Notes: generated by a model not told the origin, from the sequence alone. 64,000 nucleotides of DNA from Eledone cirrhosa (GCA_964016885.1 OZ024740.1:77996001-78060000); one strand, 5' to 3'. Positions 13,504 through 27,319 are shown, counted from the first letter of the stretch. Translations and numbers: made by a program.

Positions 13504-14055
13504 TATTTGCCATAAAGAAAATATTTAGTTGCTCCTCTACTTGTATTGAGACTTCTAACTTTGTAATACAATATATAATATATGCTTGAAGTGTGTCTGT
13601 TTATACTTCAATGTATTATTATACACACTCACATATGTATGTGTGTCTCCCCCCTCTCTCTCTCTTTCTCTTTCTCTCTCTATATATAAATGAAATTTTG
13701 TAAATGTCTCACATTTGAAATAGGACAATTGTTACTTTATCTCCATGTATATGAATATATATACTTGTATGTATACATGTGTGTATATATGTGTATGTGT
13801 GATGGGGGTGGTTTTGTTGGTACTAATGATGGTAAAACACCACAGGGTTTAACTAAATCTTCTCATTCACCTCACCAAACCGATATCTCTCTCCTGCCAA
13901 CAACAAAACAAAAATATCAAGCTAGAAGCTAATTTAATTCTTAAACCTATAATTAACATCATTAATTAGAATTCCTGGAAAAAACTTCAACTTTCTTTGG
14001 TGGTAGGGGGCCTTGAGTGTGCATGTGTGCATCTTTGTATGTGTGATTGTGTTTC

Positions 14056-14090
<35 letters not shown>

Positions 14091-14495
14091 CATCATCATC
14101 ATCATCGTTTAACGTCTCTCTTCCACGCTAGCATGGGTTTAGACGGGAATTGTCCTACTTGAGGCAAGATTGGTCTGGTGACCATGTCTCGCTGGAATAG
14201 GGCTGTCTGGTAGGTTTCCTATGGTTGGATGCCCTTCCTAACACCAACCATGTTTACAGTGTGGAACTGGGAGGTTTTTACCATGTTACCTACATGGCCA
14301 CATTACAGCGTGTACTGTGTGTTTTTTTTGTCGTGACACCTACACAACCTCATTTATTTAGGACTGGATGTTGTGGTACCAACATAACTTTACAGAGAGT
14401 AGTGGGATGGGGTATATATTTGGTTAAGAGGAACCTACTGACTGTAGGTTTCGCTTTGTACATAGACAAGGCGGGTCTTCTGTATTACTGCGTAG
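14091..14495 (-). mobile_element. RTE 3' end (last codons plus full 3' UTR)
   Basis: Reverse complement of 34195-34636. Confidence 0.85.
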
Positions 14496-14531
14496 ATGTA
14501 TATATGTAATTATGTATGAATATATGTATCT

Positions 14532-14845
14532 GCCAAAGTGGTTAGGGTATTCAGCCCACAATCGTATGGTCGTGAGTTTGATTCCCGGGGACGTGCTGTG
14601 TCCTTAAGCAAGACACTTTATTTCACATTGCTCCAGTCCACTCAGCTGGCAAAAATGAGATGTACCTGTAATTCAAAGGGCCAGCCTTGTCACAATCTGT
14701 GTTACGCTGAATCTCCCTGATAAGTACGTTATGGGGATGCATGTTTGTGGAATGCTCAGCCACTTACACATTAATCTCATGAGCCGGCTTTTCCATTGAT
14801 AGTATCAACTGGAACACTCGTCGTTGTAACCGACGGAGTGCCACT
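14532..14845 (+). mobile_element. tRNA-derived SINE (family B, CORE/V-like centre)
   Basis: A box gccaaagtggttagg, B box gagtttgattccc, then tgtgtccttaagcaagacactttatttcac; runs into a (TA)n tract. Confidence 0.8.
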
Positions 14846-15090
14846 ATATATATATATATGTATATATACAGATATATATATGTATGCATATGTGTATGTA
14901 TATATGTATGTATATATGTGTGTGTGTGTGTGTATATATGTATGTATGCATGTATGTATATATACATATGTATATGTGTATGCATTTATATATATATGTA
15001 TGTATGTATGCATGTATATATGTGTGTGTGTATGCACTTGTGTATATGTCTATGTACTTATATATATATGTGTGTGTATATATATATATT
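14846..15090. repeat. Compound TA/TG microsatellite
   Basis: Direct reading. Confidence 0.9.
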
Positions 15091-15444
15091 TCGTGAAGGG
15101 GGGGGGGGTTTATGGTGTTTTGACTCTCTAAAACCATTTATTTTAATTACATTGTTTTCCTCCTACCTTACCTCTCACCCTCACACTGGTATTTTGTTTA
15201 CAGCAACAACACTGCTATCATTGCTGTGACTCATACAACCTCTCCCACTTCTTGTCTACCCATAGGGTGGCATGGCGACTGGTGGGGGGTGTATGGAGTA
15301 AGGGAGTGAGGTGTATTATTACATGAAGCAGCTAAATTATTGTTGTAGCCTTTCACTGTGATTGATTGACAAGATCCCAGACCTCATTCATTTGCTGAGT
15401 AGGGTGAACCTCGTGAAATCGGACCTAGGAAACAATGTTTCCAT

Positions 15445-15628
15445 TGGTCTTACCATTGCTGATACTATCTATTGGTTGTAACTCCTGGCAGAAGGAGCAA
15501 CATGAAATAAAGTTTCTTGCTTGAGGACACAATGCATCACCCAGACCGAGAATTGGCTCAGTGGTTAGAGAGTTGGAATTGCAATCGTGAGGTTGCGATT
15601 TCAACTCTCTAACCACTGAACCATGCAC
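15445..15628 (-). mobile_element. SINE family B fragment
   Basis: tgaaataaagtttcttgcttgaggacacaatg is the reverse complement of the family B core. Confidence 0.6.
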
Positions 15629-16972
15629 CTTTACTTTCCTTTAAGATGTCAATGTTATCATCATTGGCCTCATCATCATCATCATTATCACCAAAAATCA
15701 TAAGAGATAGTCATGGCGGGAATGTTATGATCTGAGCTCTGTTGTATTAAATATAAATCTATCAGCACCAGCTTCACTCTCATCTTTAGTGTCCTCAGTA
15801 TTACCATCATAAACTTCATTATCATCACTATTATAACAACCACTATTGTTGCTGTCATTATCACCATCACCCTCACCCACATTATCATTATTAACATTAT
15901 CACCCTCGTCATCATCATTATCACCACCATCTGCTTCCACTATCATCATCATCATCATCACCACTGGCATTATCATCATCATTTTATGTTCACTTTCTAT
16001 GCTGACGGGGGTTGGACAGGTTGTTATAGTCTGAATCAGTTTTTATTTGGAGTTACTCTCTTTGAAGGACCACATCTTGCTCATATGCTCCATTTTCAGC
16101 ATGCTTTTTATAGCTGGATGCCCTTCCTAAGCCTACTGGGTGTATATTATTGTGGCGCCAGCACTGGAGAGCTTACTTGGATTCTTGTATATTGTCTCCA
16201 TATTTTAGGGCAAATAAGACACAAGGTATGAAAAGAGAGTGAAAACAATCAATTGGGTGAAAGGAGAAAAGGCATGAGTGTGTATGGTGGGCAAAAAAAA
16301 AAAAGATACTAGATAAATGAGTAATGAATGAGAGATATGAGTGATAGCTACTTGATGGTTATGTATAGGCAGTAGCATTAAGATATTGTTAAGCATAATA
16401 GTGGCGTATATATATGAAAGTATATACTATGTTAATCTACAATAAACATAGAGCTTTTCTATCAAAGAAAAATATGTTTTCATGATGAAAAAATGATTTT
16501 TCTATCTTTTCCTCTGTGAACATGTCACATATATCTCAGTAGCCATTGAAAAGGCCAGACAGCTATTTCAAGATCCATTAATCTTTCATCAGTACTGAGA
16601 TGAAAATAAGACTAGAGTCTATATAGATATAGCAAATGTGTGTATACTGGAGTCACCTCTTGTGTGTGTGTGCGTATACATGGGGTAGAATGTTAGTGTT
16701 GATAGTTATGATGATGATGATAAAGACAGCTGACTGTAAAAGAATTTGATCTTGAACACAAAAAACATGAGACATCAAAATAAAATCTACCATACAGAGA
16801 GCATATGTTATATTTCTCTGCTGCTGTCAGGTGTATCAATAGATAATGTGATGTGACAGGTGTTATAATTACATTAATGTGTGTGTGTGTGTGTGTGTGT
16901 AAATGGTGGCAGGGAGTGACTGACTTGTTGGGTGTTAATCCTGTCATCTGTTAATTCTATTTACTGGGGTAT

Positions 16973-17215
16973 TATTGTTGTTGTTGTTTAGCCCAGGTCA
17001 GCCCTGATTAAGTAGACCTATGATCATAGGTATTCCTACTGGCAACATCCTAGATATTTGTTTATTAATCACAGCACATCTTGGGCAACATCATCAGTTT
17101 TGTTTTTTTTATTTCCAAAGATGGTAAGGTGAGAGTTTTTGTTAGATTTTGTTGCTATTTTAAACAGGGTTGGAACAGGGTCTTCTTAACAGTTTTATAG
17201 CCCTCGCTCCCCCTT
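16973..17215 (-). mobile_element. Short interspersed repeat with (CAA)n tail (family D; other copies near 22995, 23270, 35415, 40915, 52000)
   Basis: Recurrent gttgttgtttagcccaggtcagccctgat..agacctatgatca block. Confidence 0.6.
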
Positions 17216-17597
17216 CCTCCTAGGTAAAGCAGAGCACTGGGACCCTTATTAACTGTCAAGTGATTTGAAGGGACAATAATATATACTCTTTTATGTCATG
17301 TAGTACATAAACTACATACACATACAGGTACATGTGGTTGCAGAGGTGACTGAAACTAAATCAAAAGAAAATGCCAATTACTCTATTACATGTTCCAGCT
17401 GATAGGTTGAGGCCATGCTGGAGCACTGCCATGTCCAATTTTTAACATAAGAATTAACCTTCTTCGTTATCTTTAGTAAAAATACTACTAAATATGTATT
17501 TTCCAATAACAACTGTTTAGTTTAGTATAGTATTTATTTATTTTAAGACAGCAAGTCACAACATATATAGATTAGTAAATCAGAAACCATTATTATT

Positions 17598-18395
17598 AGC
17601 GGTGGTTTGGCAGTATCGGTAGAGAGTCAGACACTATGCTTTGCAGCATAGTTATGACCCTTTACGTTCTGAGTTCAAATCCACCAAGGTTAACTTTGTC
17701 TTTCATCTTTACGGGATTGATAAAATAAAGTACCAGTAATACATTAGGGTAATTGCTGGCCTTGTGCCAAAAGTAGAAACAATTATTATTGGATTGGCAG
17801 TATTAGTAAAGCATCGGACACCCTGCTTCATGATATAGAGTTACGGCCCTTTACGTTCTAAGTTCAAATCCCGCCGAGGTTAGCTTTGCCTGTCATCCTT
17901 ACAGGGTCAATAAAATAAAGTAGCAGTAATACATTGGGGTCGATTTAATCGACTTTCCTCTCTCCTTCAAATTGCTGGCCTTGTGCCTAAAGTAGAAACA
18001 ATTATTATTATTGAGGGTCAGACAACATGCTTTGACGCATAGTTATGGCCCTTGCCATTCTGAGTTCAAATCCCCCTGCCTTTCATCCTTACAGGGGTCG
18101 ATAAAATAAAGTACCAGTAATGCACTGGGATAATTACTGGCCTTGTGCCAATAGTAGATACAATTATTATTATCATTATGACAGTGGATTGACAGGGTCG
18201 TTAGAACATCAGACATATGCTTAACACTATTTGTTCTGGTTCTTTACATTCTTAATTCAAATTCCACCAAAGTCAGCTTCGCCTTTCATTCTTCTGGGAT
18301 TGATAAAATAAAGTCCCAGTCAAAGTATTTGGTTTGATTTAATTGACTTTCTCCTCCCTTACTTCCAAATTGCTGGCCTTGTGCCCAAATTATTA
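17598..18395 (+). mobile_element. Head-to-tail array of four family A SINEs
   Basis: Four successive B box + gcctttcatcc + ccttgtgcc..agtagaaacaattattatt units, each starting in the previous copy's ATT tail. Confidence 0.85.
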
Positions 18396-19539
18396 TTTTC
18401 ATAATTATTTTTAAACTTCCTTGAATATTTCTCAAGTTATTGAGGAGGCTTACATTAAAATGTAGAACAAGATTTTCTCACACCCCCATAATGAGCTTTT
18501 TCAAATTTTCAATTTGTGTCATTAGCCATTTTCAAATTTTCAATTTTCATGTCATTAGCCATTCATTGAGTTGAGGAAAACCCCTGAGTGTGTAATGATA
18601 CTTACGAAAGGGAGAGCCTCTGCTCATTGAGCCATCATTAATATGTTCTAGAGGAGTGGGATAGACCTCATAACAGGATGTAGGGTGAGGTGAGGGAGGC
18701 ATGTGTAGACAATTACTAGATATGGTGAAATTAAGTTGAAGTATTTTTTTTGTAATTCCAGCTGAGTGGTGTTATTAGTTAATTGTTTTGATACCAAATC
18801 ACCCGAAACCACACCTGGTTCTTTTTTGTCAAACCTTCCATCATAATTTTATATAAGAACATTTGAGTTATGCTCCAATCACCAACTTTATTCTATGTAG
18901 GAACTTTTGTTATGCTTCAAATGCCAACTTAATTTCATAAACCTTTGTTATGCCCCAAACACTTTCAAATTCTTGATTATCTTAAATTATTTGAAAACCA
19001 TTGGCAATGTCTTTCATTATGAATATAGTAATGGAGGGCTTAGATATTAGATTCAGTAAAAAATATATAGAGGTTTTAATCCTTTCCTAGAATTAGATTT
19101 CAGTTAATGTTTTTTTGTTTTTTTTTGTGGCTAAAAAGTTTCATTGAAGAATAAATTAGGTTCTAAACTTTATATCAACAGTGGTGACTCCTGGTGTTTG
19201 AAATATTATCATGTAACCTGTGTTGGGATTTCAAATGTTAACTTATTGGCAACAATTGTGGGCCCCAGTATTTGTAGTGTTGGTGAGTCATCTGGCAGGT
19301 GACCCTTATCCAACTGGATGAGGGATTATATCTATCATTCAAGTAGGCCTAAGTGGAATTTGAACTTAAAATGTAAAGAGCTGGAACTAATACTGCTTCC
19401 TTTCTTCCCTCATTCTCACTAGTCCCCCAGAAGCCTTTGATGCTGTCTTCACTTCCCTAACCAAGCAATGGAAAAAGTGAAATGCTGTTGTCTGATGTTG
19501 TATGATGGTTAACCTTTACTTTTCCATGTTTGTTTCTAG

Positions 19540-19674
19540 AACACTATGGAAATGGAACTGTACCAAGTAGACTGTGTAAAAGATGGAGAAGATTTCTTCA
19601 GTCACTCACCAAGAAGTCTTCAAAACAAGCGCGCATGTCGTCCAAAACCTGCACACCTGCGTGACTTGTCAAAG
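19540..19674 (+). CDS. ETS1: Coding exon of a probable ETS1/2 (pointed-like) transcription factor, N-terminal region (ATG at 19546: MEMELYQVDCVKDGEDFFSHSPRSLQNKRACRPKPAHLRDLSK)
   Basis: Polypyrimidine tract plus tttctAG acceptor (19538-19539) and AAG|GTAAGA donor at 19675. Non-repetitive coding-like island with a phase-0 end compatible with the exon at 40656. The MELY...KR..RP..AHLRD pattern resembles mollusc Ets1/2 N-termini as I recall them (not database-verified). Confidence 0.7.
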
Positions 19675-20022
19675 GTAAGAAAAACAAATATTTTTGTCTT
19701 GTTCTGTTATTGTTGTTATTGTTGTTGTTTGGCCACAAATTCATTCTGACATCCAACAGGCCAACTTTGCCAGATCAATTCCTTAAAAAGTAACACAAAT
19801 TTTCAAATAGTAACAAATTGTATTAGAAAGTAGTTCCAAATGAAAATATTCAAATAGTGAAAATAAATTAAAATATATTTATTAGGATTGCCAGCCTATG
19901 CTCTGTGAGCCTCCTTCTTTGCTTGGATGGCATCATTAACTTCCTGATTAAACCAGGAGTCCGCTTGTTACCAGGCATACAGAACCCTTTTCACATCAAC
20001 CCACATGAAACTACCCATGATC

Positions 20023-20225
20023 CATCATCATCATCACTGTTTTACATCCATTCTTCCACTCTAGCATGGGTTAACTGAGTTGTCCTGTTGTGGGCAATGC
20101 CAAGTCAGGTGACTGTGTCTTGCTCATACAGAACTGTTTTGGCTTGATTTCTACAGCTGGATGCCCTTCCTAACACCAACCTTATTTACAGCGAGTACTG
20201 GCTGCTTTTTTTTCGTGGCGCCTAT
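20023..20225 (-). mobile_element. RTE 3' UTR fragment
   Basis: catcatcatcatcactgttttac...ctggatgcccttcctaacacc. Confidence 0.75.
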
Positions 20226-21487
20226 GATACAAACCTGTCTGTTTTATAGTGTTGATCCTTATATTAAAATATTCCATCATAATTTTGTCATGGATACAGC
20301 TTACCAATAAAAAATATTATTTTACTAAACTCCTTCAATTGAAAATTTTTTTTTATTTTCAAAATTAATTGAAACATATTGGTTGTGTATTTCATTAGAA
20401 ATGTGATAATAAAAGGTTTAAAATAAGTACCAGTGTTCAATACAGTGTTCAATAGTCTTCTACAAATCTTTGGATTTGTGCTTCCATTGTTCTCTTTTGA
20501 ATTTTCAGTGTTTTTTTTTTATTCCTGCTGTTGATTTAGTATTTTTTTTTTTTAAATATATTATAAATATAAAAACAAAAATTAAATAATGAAAAAAAGT
20601 AGAAGGGGTAAAGATTGGCAGATTTGACTGTAAGGAAATGTAAAGGAAAGGACTATAAATGCCATAAATGAGAAGAAAAGGAGGGGAAAACAAGCAACAG
20701 AAAAAAAAGAGGGAGAAAAGGAGAGGGTGATAGACTCTACACCTAGTTCAGGGTGGTGTTTTGGCTGTGCTCTGCGCATACAAAACTACAAAGGTATTTC
20801 CACAGACAATGGTCAGTGACACCCGTTGCAACAACCACCCCACCTCACAGGGCTCCTTCGTCAGATGAGTGTGTTTCTGCTTGAGTGGATAAGTTGTTGG
20901 ACATTTTATTGACAGGTCATGAGTTCACATCTACTACAGGGGCTTTATGTTATTCTTAGAATATTTTACCCTACAATAAACCAAGACACCATCATCATCA
21001 TCATCACCATTTTACATCTGATTTTCGATACTTTCATGAGTTTGCTGGGTCTTTTCCAGCATAGCTCTAGCAATTTACTGCATTCCTTCATCATCTCCTG
21101 AGAGGTTCAGCATTTTGAGATCTGCACTGACCACTTCTACCCAGGCTTGCCTTGGTCTTCCTCTACTGCAGCTTCTTTCCACTTGGAAATCCTGGCACTT
21201 CTTTGCCCAATAATCATTTTTCATATGCATCACATCTCTATACAGAACATATATGTCAAGATAATTGTATTACAATATGGTTTTATACATCTATTGAGTT
21301 TTATAAACTACCTCCCTACCTTATAACAAGGACATATAGCACTTGCCCCTGGTTACTAAGTTGTTAATATACCGTAACCAAAAGGAACATGTCCTAGTAA
21401 CTGTCTTAACCTGCTTACATGGATATGCCACCACTATAATTTACAAGGCAAGTACTTGCTTCTAAGGATAAAAACCTGAAAAGTCTA

Positions 21488-21732
21488 CAGAGCTATAACA
21501 AACGTTAAAGGCCAAACACACTGAGACGATGGTTAAACAATCATTCGCATAGCCAAAAAAACGATCAAGTAATTCGGGTATTGAAAATTTACCCGGACCC
21601 CTGGAGAAAGCTAAAAGCGATACTCCGGCCAAATTCCAACTCACTCAACAAACATTAGGAAATACCTGAGTATATTCCCAATTAAACGTTTGGGGTGCTA
21701 ACTAATTGTATTGTGTGGAAAATTGGCTGTAT
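21488..21732 (+). mobile_element. Penelope-like terminal-repeat fragment, left arm of an inverted pair
   Basis: Essentially the exact reverse complement of 27782-28033; decayed hammerhead-like core CTGAGACGA-tggtta...tagcca-AAAA; ends in (TA)n. Confidence 0.6.
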
Positions 21733-22041
21733 ATATATATGTTCTGCTCTCATATGGATCTGTTGCTAGATTCAACAATGAACATTTAGCTGTTCTATCA
21801 GCTCCATATCCTATTAGTTAAAATCAATATGAAAGGAACTCACAAATATGTGTACTCCTAATGCACCTTCCAAGTAAAATCAGCATGACATAGTGTGTGT
21901 CAAAATTGGATCTTTGAATTATCGGTACAATTGCCACTGTTTCCTTCTATCTAGTTTCATTTACAGCTTGAGGCTATAATAGAAGACACTTGCTCAAGTT
22001 ATCACACCCAGAAATTCATGATTGCAAGTTAAACATCTTAA

Positions 22042-22271
22042 CCCTTTCGAGGCTGCCTTTCCAATGAAATACAGTCTATTTTAATTAATTAATGAAGAAA
22101 TTTGAGGTATTTACTAAAATTATTAATTGTTTCATTACTAACATAGTAACTTAATGTAAGTTTCTTGTATAAAATTGTTGGAAGATTTTAATTTAAATTG
22201 GAAACCTTTAAAATGGGCGATTTTATTTCATAGAACCAGAGCCAGTTTTGGTCGGGTTCGTAACTAAAGGG
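22042..22271. mobile_element. piggyBac-type MITE
   Basis: TTAA|CCCTTT ... AAAGGG|TTAA termini; decayed relatives near 18780-19085, 20240-20420 and 23395-23630. Confidence 0.7.
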
Positions 22272-23689
22272 TTAAACAATCGGTATGTCAACAGGCCACC
22301 TAGTTTCACTCATAGGACATTGGTCAACCTCAGACCATAGTAGAAGACATTTGTCTGAGATGTCCTGCAATGGAGCTAAACCAGTAAAGGCATGTGACCT
22401 AGTTGTTGGGCTCAGTATAAGGTTATGGGCTTGATTCGTGGACCAGCTGGTGCATTGTGTTCTCAAGTAAGATGCTTCATTTCACATTGCTTTTCATGAT
22501 AGGGTTAAAGCTCTTCTAATTAAAATACCCATGAAACATACTATGAGATGCAACCTCATAGCAGTAGCAGGTCGGCTAAACCTACATAGATATGAGCTGT
22601 TAATTTGATTCCATTCATTTCAAACTTCTTAACCACTCAGCCATGTCTGCATGCCACCTAGTAACTAAGATATCTACCAAGTAACTAGGATATCTGTCTA
22701 GCTGTCAGTGTGACACCCAGAGAACACAGCCATTGTGTTCCTATATCACTTTGATGATTTGTTTGTGTCCCTCAATTCAGCTGACAACCAAACTCCCTTC
22801 ACATTAACAATCAGATCAAAAGCTCATTTACTGGTATAGCTTACCTTTATTTACCTTGTTGTTCTTGTTAATATTATTATTGTTGTTGGTGGTAGTGTTG
22901 TTGTTGTTGATCATTATCTTGGTGGTGGTGGTAGAGGTGTACATAGTTTACATTCACACCACAACCACCTGACTGGAAGATCATTTTCAGTCTATTGTTG
23001 TTGTTTTTGAGCCTCCAATCAGCTCTGATTGAACAGACCCATGATCAAAGCCATCCCAGCTGTGAACGTCCCTCCTCTTTCTATATCTGTTATTCCATTA
23101 GTCAATGTAACTTATCTTGTTTAAAATGATAATGTGTGACTTAAGATGTATTTGGCTGCTATTTCTAGCTGATTCAGTGACCACCTAAACACCTGTCCTT
23201 TTTGCTAGTTCAAATTACATATGCTGGTGGGTGTGGTGATGGCAGCAATTGTTGGTGTTGTCCAGCCCCAGTTAGGCTCTGTTTGAGCAGACCTATGATT
23301 GTGGGTATTCCAGCCATGACCATCCATTTTTTGAGTGGGTGGGGCTGTTAGGTGAGATAACAATGACTACTTTACATCCAATGTGTCCTTTTTTAATCCT
23401 TTTAGAGCCATATCTCAAATGAAGTACACTGTTTTAATTAATAAATTAAAAATTTGGAAGGGTTTACTAAAATTATTAACTATTTCATTGTTAAAATATG
23501 TATAATCTAACCTGACAAATAAATGGTTCTTATACAAAATTGTTTTTTTTTTTTAATAGAAACCCTTTAAAATTGGTGGGTCTGTTTTTATAGAACCAGG
23601 GTTGGTTTTTACTGTTTTGGTATGAAAAGTAAGGATTTGAGGGAATATTGGCTATTCTTTCTAACAGATTGTGCAAGCATGTAGAAGCT

Positions 23690-26600
23690 CTGGTAGTTGG
23701 TGGTAATGTTAGTGTTGGTAGTAGTGCATAGTAGGTGGTAGTAGCTGTTTATTATATATGATAGTAGTGTATTATGTATGGTAATCATGGTGGTGGCGTT
23801 GGTGGTAGTAGTGGTGTTGGTGGTAGTAGTGGTGTTGGTGTCAGTGGTGTTGGTGTTAGTACTGGCATTGGTGATGTTGGAGGTAGTAGTGGTTTTGGTG
23901 GTAGTGGTGTTGGTGGTAGTACTGGCATTGGTGGTGTTGGTGGTAGTACTGACATTGGTGATGTTGGTGGTAGTACTGACATTGGTGATGTTGGAGGTAG
24001 TAGTGGTGTTGGTGTTGGTGGTAGTAGTGGTGTTGGTGATGTTGGAGGTAGTAGTGGTGTTGGTGGTAGTAGTGGTGTTGGTGTCAGTGGTGTTGGTGGT
24101 AGTAGTGGTGTTGGTGATGTTGGAGGTAGTAGTGGTGTTGGTGGTAGTAGTGGTGTTGGTGGTAGTAGTGGTGTTGGTGGTAGTACTTGGATTGGTGATG
24201 TTGGTGGTAGTAGTGGTGTTGGTGTCAGTGGTGTTGGTGTCAGTGGTGTTGGTGGTAGTAGTGGCATTGGTGGTGTTGGTGGTGTTGGTGGTAGTACTGA
24301 CATTGGTGATGTTGGAGGTAGTAGTGGTGTTGGTGTCAGTGGTAGTACTGCCATTGGTGATGTTGGTGGTAGTAGTGGTGTTGGTGGTAGTACTGGCATT
24401 GGTGATGTTGGTGGTAGTAGTGGTGTTGGTGGTAGTACTTGCATTGGTGATGTTGGTGGTAGTACTGACATTGGTGATGTTGGAGGTAGTAGTGGTGTTG
24501 GTGGTAGTACTGGCATTGGTGGTGTTGGTGGTAGTACTGACATTGGTGATGTTGGAGGTAGTAGTGGTGTTGGTGGTAGTACTGGCATTGGTGATGTTGG
24601 TGGTAGTAGTGGTGTTGGTGGTAGTACTGACATTGGTGATGTTGGTGGTAGTAGTGGTGTTGGTGGTAGTACTGACATTGGTGATGTTGGAGGTAGTAGT
24701 GGTGTTGGTGGTAGTACTGGCATTGGTGATGTTGGTGGTAGTAGTGGTGTTGGTGGTAGTACTGACATTGGTGATGTTGGTGGTAGTAGTGGTGTTGGTG
24801 GTAGTACTGGCATTGGTGGTGTTGGTGGTAGTACTGGCATTGGTGATGTTGGTGGTAGTAGTGGTGTTGGTGGTAGTACTGGCATTGGTGATGTTGGTGG
24901 TAGTACTGACATTGGTGATGTTGGTGGTAGTAGTGGTGTTGGTGGTAGTACTGGCATTGGTGATGTTGGTGGTAGTAGTGGTGTTGGTGGTAGTACTGGC
25001 ATTGGTGATGTTGGTGGTAGTAGTGGTGTTGGTGGTAGTACTGGCATTGGTGGTGTTGGTGGTAGTACTGACATTGGTGATGTTGGTGGTAGTAGAGGTG
25101 TTGGTGGTAGTACTGGCATTGGTGATGTTGGTGGTAGTACTGGCATTGGTGATGTTGGTGGTAGTACTGGGATTGGTGGTGTTGGAGGTAGTAGTGGTGT
25201 TGGTGGTAGTAGTGGTGTTGGTGGTAGTACTGACATTGGTGATGTTGGTGGTAGTACTGGCATTGGTGATGTTGGTGGTAGTAGTGGTGTTGGTGGTAGT
25301 ACTGGGATTGGTGGTGTTGGAGGTAGTAGTGGTGTTGGTGGTAGTAGTGGTGTTGGTGGTGTTGGTGGTAGTACTGACATTGGTGATGTTGGAGGTAGTA
25401 GTGGTGTTGGTGGTAGTAGTGGTGTTGGTGGTAGTACTGACATTGGTGATGTTGGTGGTAGTAGTGGTGTTGGTAGTACTGGGATTGGTGGTGTTGGAGG
25501 TAGTAGTGGTGTTGGTGGTAGTACTTGCATTGGTGATGTTGGTGGTAGTAGTGGTGTTGGTGGTGTTGGTGGTAGTACTGACATTGGTGATGTTGGAGGT
25601 AGTAGTGGTGTTGGTGGTAGTACTTGCATTGGTGATGTTGGTGGTAGTAGTGGTGTTGGTGGTGTTGGTGGTAGTACTGACATTGGTGATGTTGGAGGTA
25701 GTAGTGGTGTTGGTGGTAGTAGTGGTGTTGGTGGTAGTACTGACATTGGTGATGTTGGTGGTAGTAGTGGTGTTGGTAGTACTGGGATTGGTGGTGTTGG
25801 AGGTAGTAGTGGTGTTGGTAGTACTGGGATTGGTGGTGTTGGAGGTAGTAGTGGTGTTGGTGGTAGTACTGGGATTGGTGGTGTTGGAGGTAGTAGTGGT
25901 GTTGGTGGTAGTACTGGGATTGGTGGTGTTGGTGGTAGTACTGGGATTGGTGGTGTTGGAGGTAGTAGTGGTGTTGGTGGTAGTAGTGGTGTTGGTGGTA
26001 GTACTGACATTGGTGATGTTGGTGGTAGTAGTGGTGTTGGTAGTACTGGGATTGGTGGTGTTGGAGGTAGTAGTGGTGTTGGTGGTAGTACTGGGATTGG
26101 TGGTGTTGGTGGTAGTACTGGCATTGGTGATGTTGGTGGTAGTAGTGGTGTTGGTAGTACTGGGATTGGTGGTGTTGGAGGTAGTAGTGGTGTTGGTGGT
26201 AGTACTGGGATTGGTGGTGTTGGTGGTAGTACTGGCATTGGTGATGTTGGTGGTAGTAGTGGTGTTGGTGTCAGTGGTGTTGGTGTTAGTACTGGCATTG
26301 GTGATGTTGGTGGTAGTAGTGGTGTTGGTGGTAGTACTGGCATTGGTGATGTTGGTGGTAGTAGTGGTGTTGGTGGTAGTACTGGCATTGGTGATGTTGG
26401 TGGTAGTAGTGGTGTTGGTGGTAGTACTGGCATTGGTGATGTTTGTGGTAGTAGTGGTGTTGGTGGTAGTGGTGGTAGTGGTGTTTGTGTCAGTGGTGGT
26501 AGTGGTAGTAATGGTGTTGGTGGTAGTGGTAGTAGTGGTGTTGGTGGTTGTGGTGGTAGTGGTGTTGGTGGTGGTGTTGGTGGCAGTGGTGTTGGTGGTT

Positions 26601-26882
26601 GTGGTGTTGGTATCAGTAGTGGTGGTAGTGGTGTTTGTGTCAGTGGTGGTAGTGGTGGTAGTGGTGTTGGTATCAGTAGTGGTGGTAGTGGTACTAGTGG
26701 TGTTTGTGTCAGTGGTGGTAGTGGTGTTTGTGTCAGTGGTGGTAGTGGTGGTAGTGGTGTTGGTGGTAGTGGTACTAGTGGTGTTGGTATCAGTAGTGGT
26801 GGTAGTGGTACTAGTGGTGTTTGTGTCAGTGGTGGTAGTGGTGGTTGTGCTGGTAGTGGTGTTGGTGGTTGTGGTGGTAGTA
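23690..26882. repeat. ~3.1-kb GGT/AGT/GTT triplet-derived minisatellite (18-nt GGTGGTAGTAGTGGTGTT and 27-nt GGTGGTAGTACTGRCATTGGTGATGTT modules)
   Basis: Direct reading; open in several frames because it is built from triplets. Confidence 0.95.
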
Positions 26883-27099
26883 TGCTTAACTATTATGTTA
26901 TCTAAACATTAATGTCAATGGATATTGTACATGTGTATATGTCTATATGTGTGTGTGCGCGTCTTTAATGCATAATGTGAAGTTGAATGTATATATTTAA
27001 TATGTAATGTGTGGTAGAGTATGTGTGTGTTTATATATGATCTACATGTGTATGCGTGTGTGTGTTTATATATGATCTACATGTGTGTGTGTGTGTGTG

Positions 27100-27176
<77 letters not shown>

Positions 27177-27319
27177 CCTCCTAAACCCTGACACAAGTCA
27201 CAGCCCCCTACTAGCTGTTATCACCACAGAACCTCCCACACTGCTGGAGGTCTCATATCCAGAAAGCCTCCCCCTCTCAAATCCTTCCGCACTTGACAGC
27301 ACCCCACCCCTGTCAGCAG

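Noticed and set aside
23778-26912. Poly-Val (plus) and Pro-rich (minus) ORFs of 880-1044 aa as real genes
   Set aside because: Alternative frames of a triplet-built minisatellite; simultaneous openness of several frames is expected from its composition.
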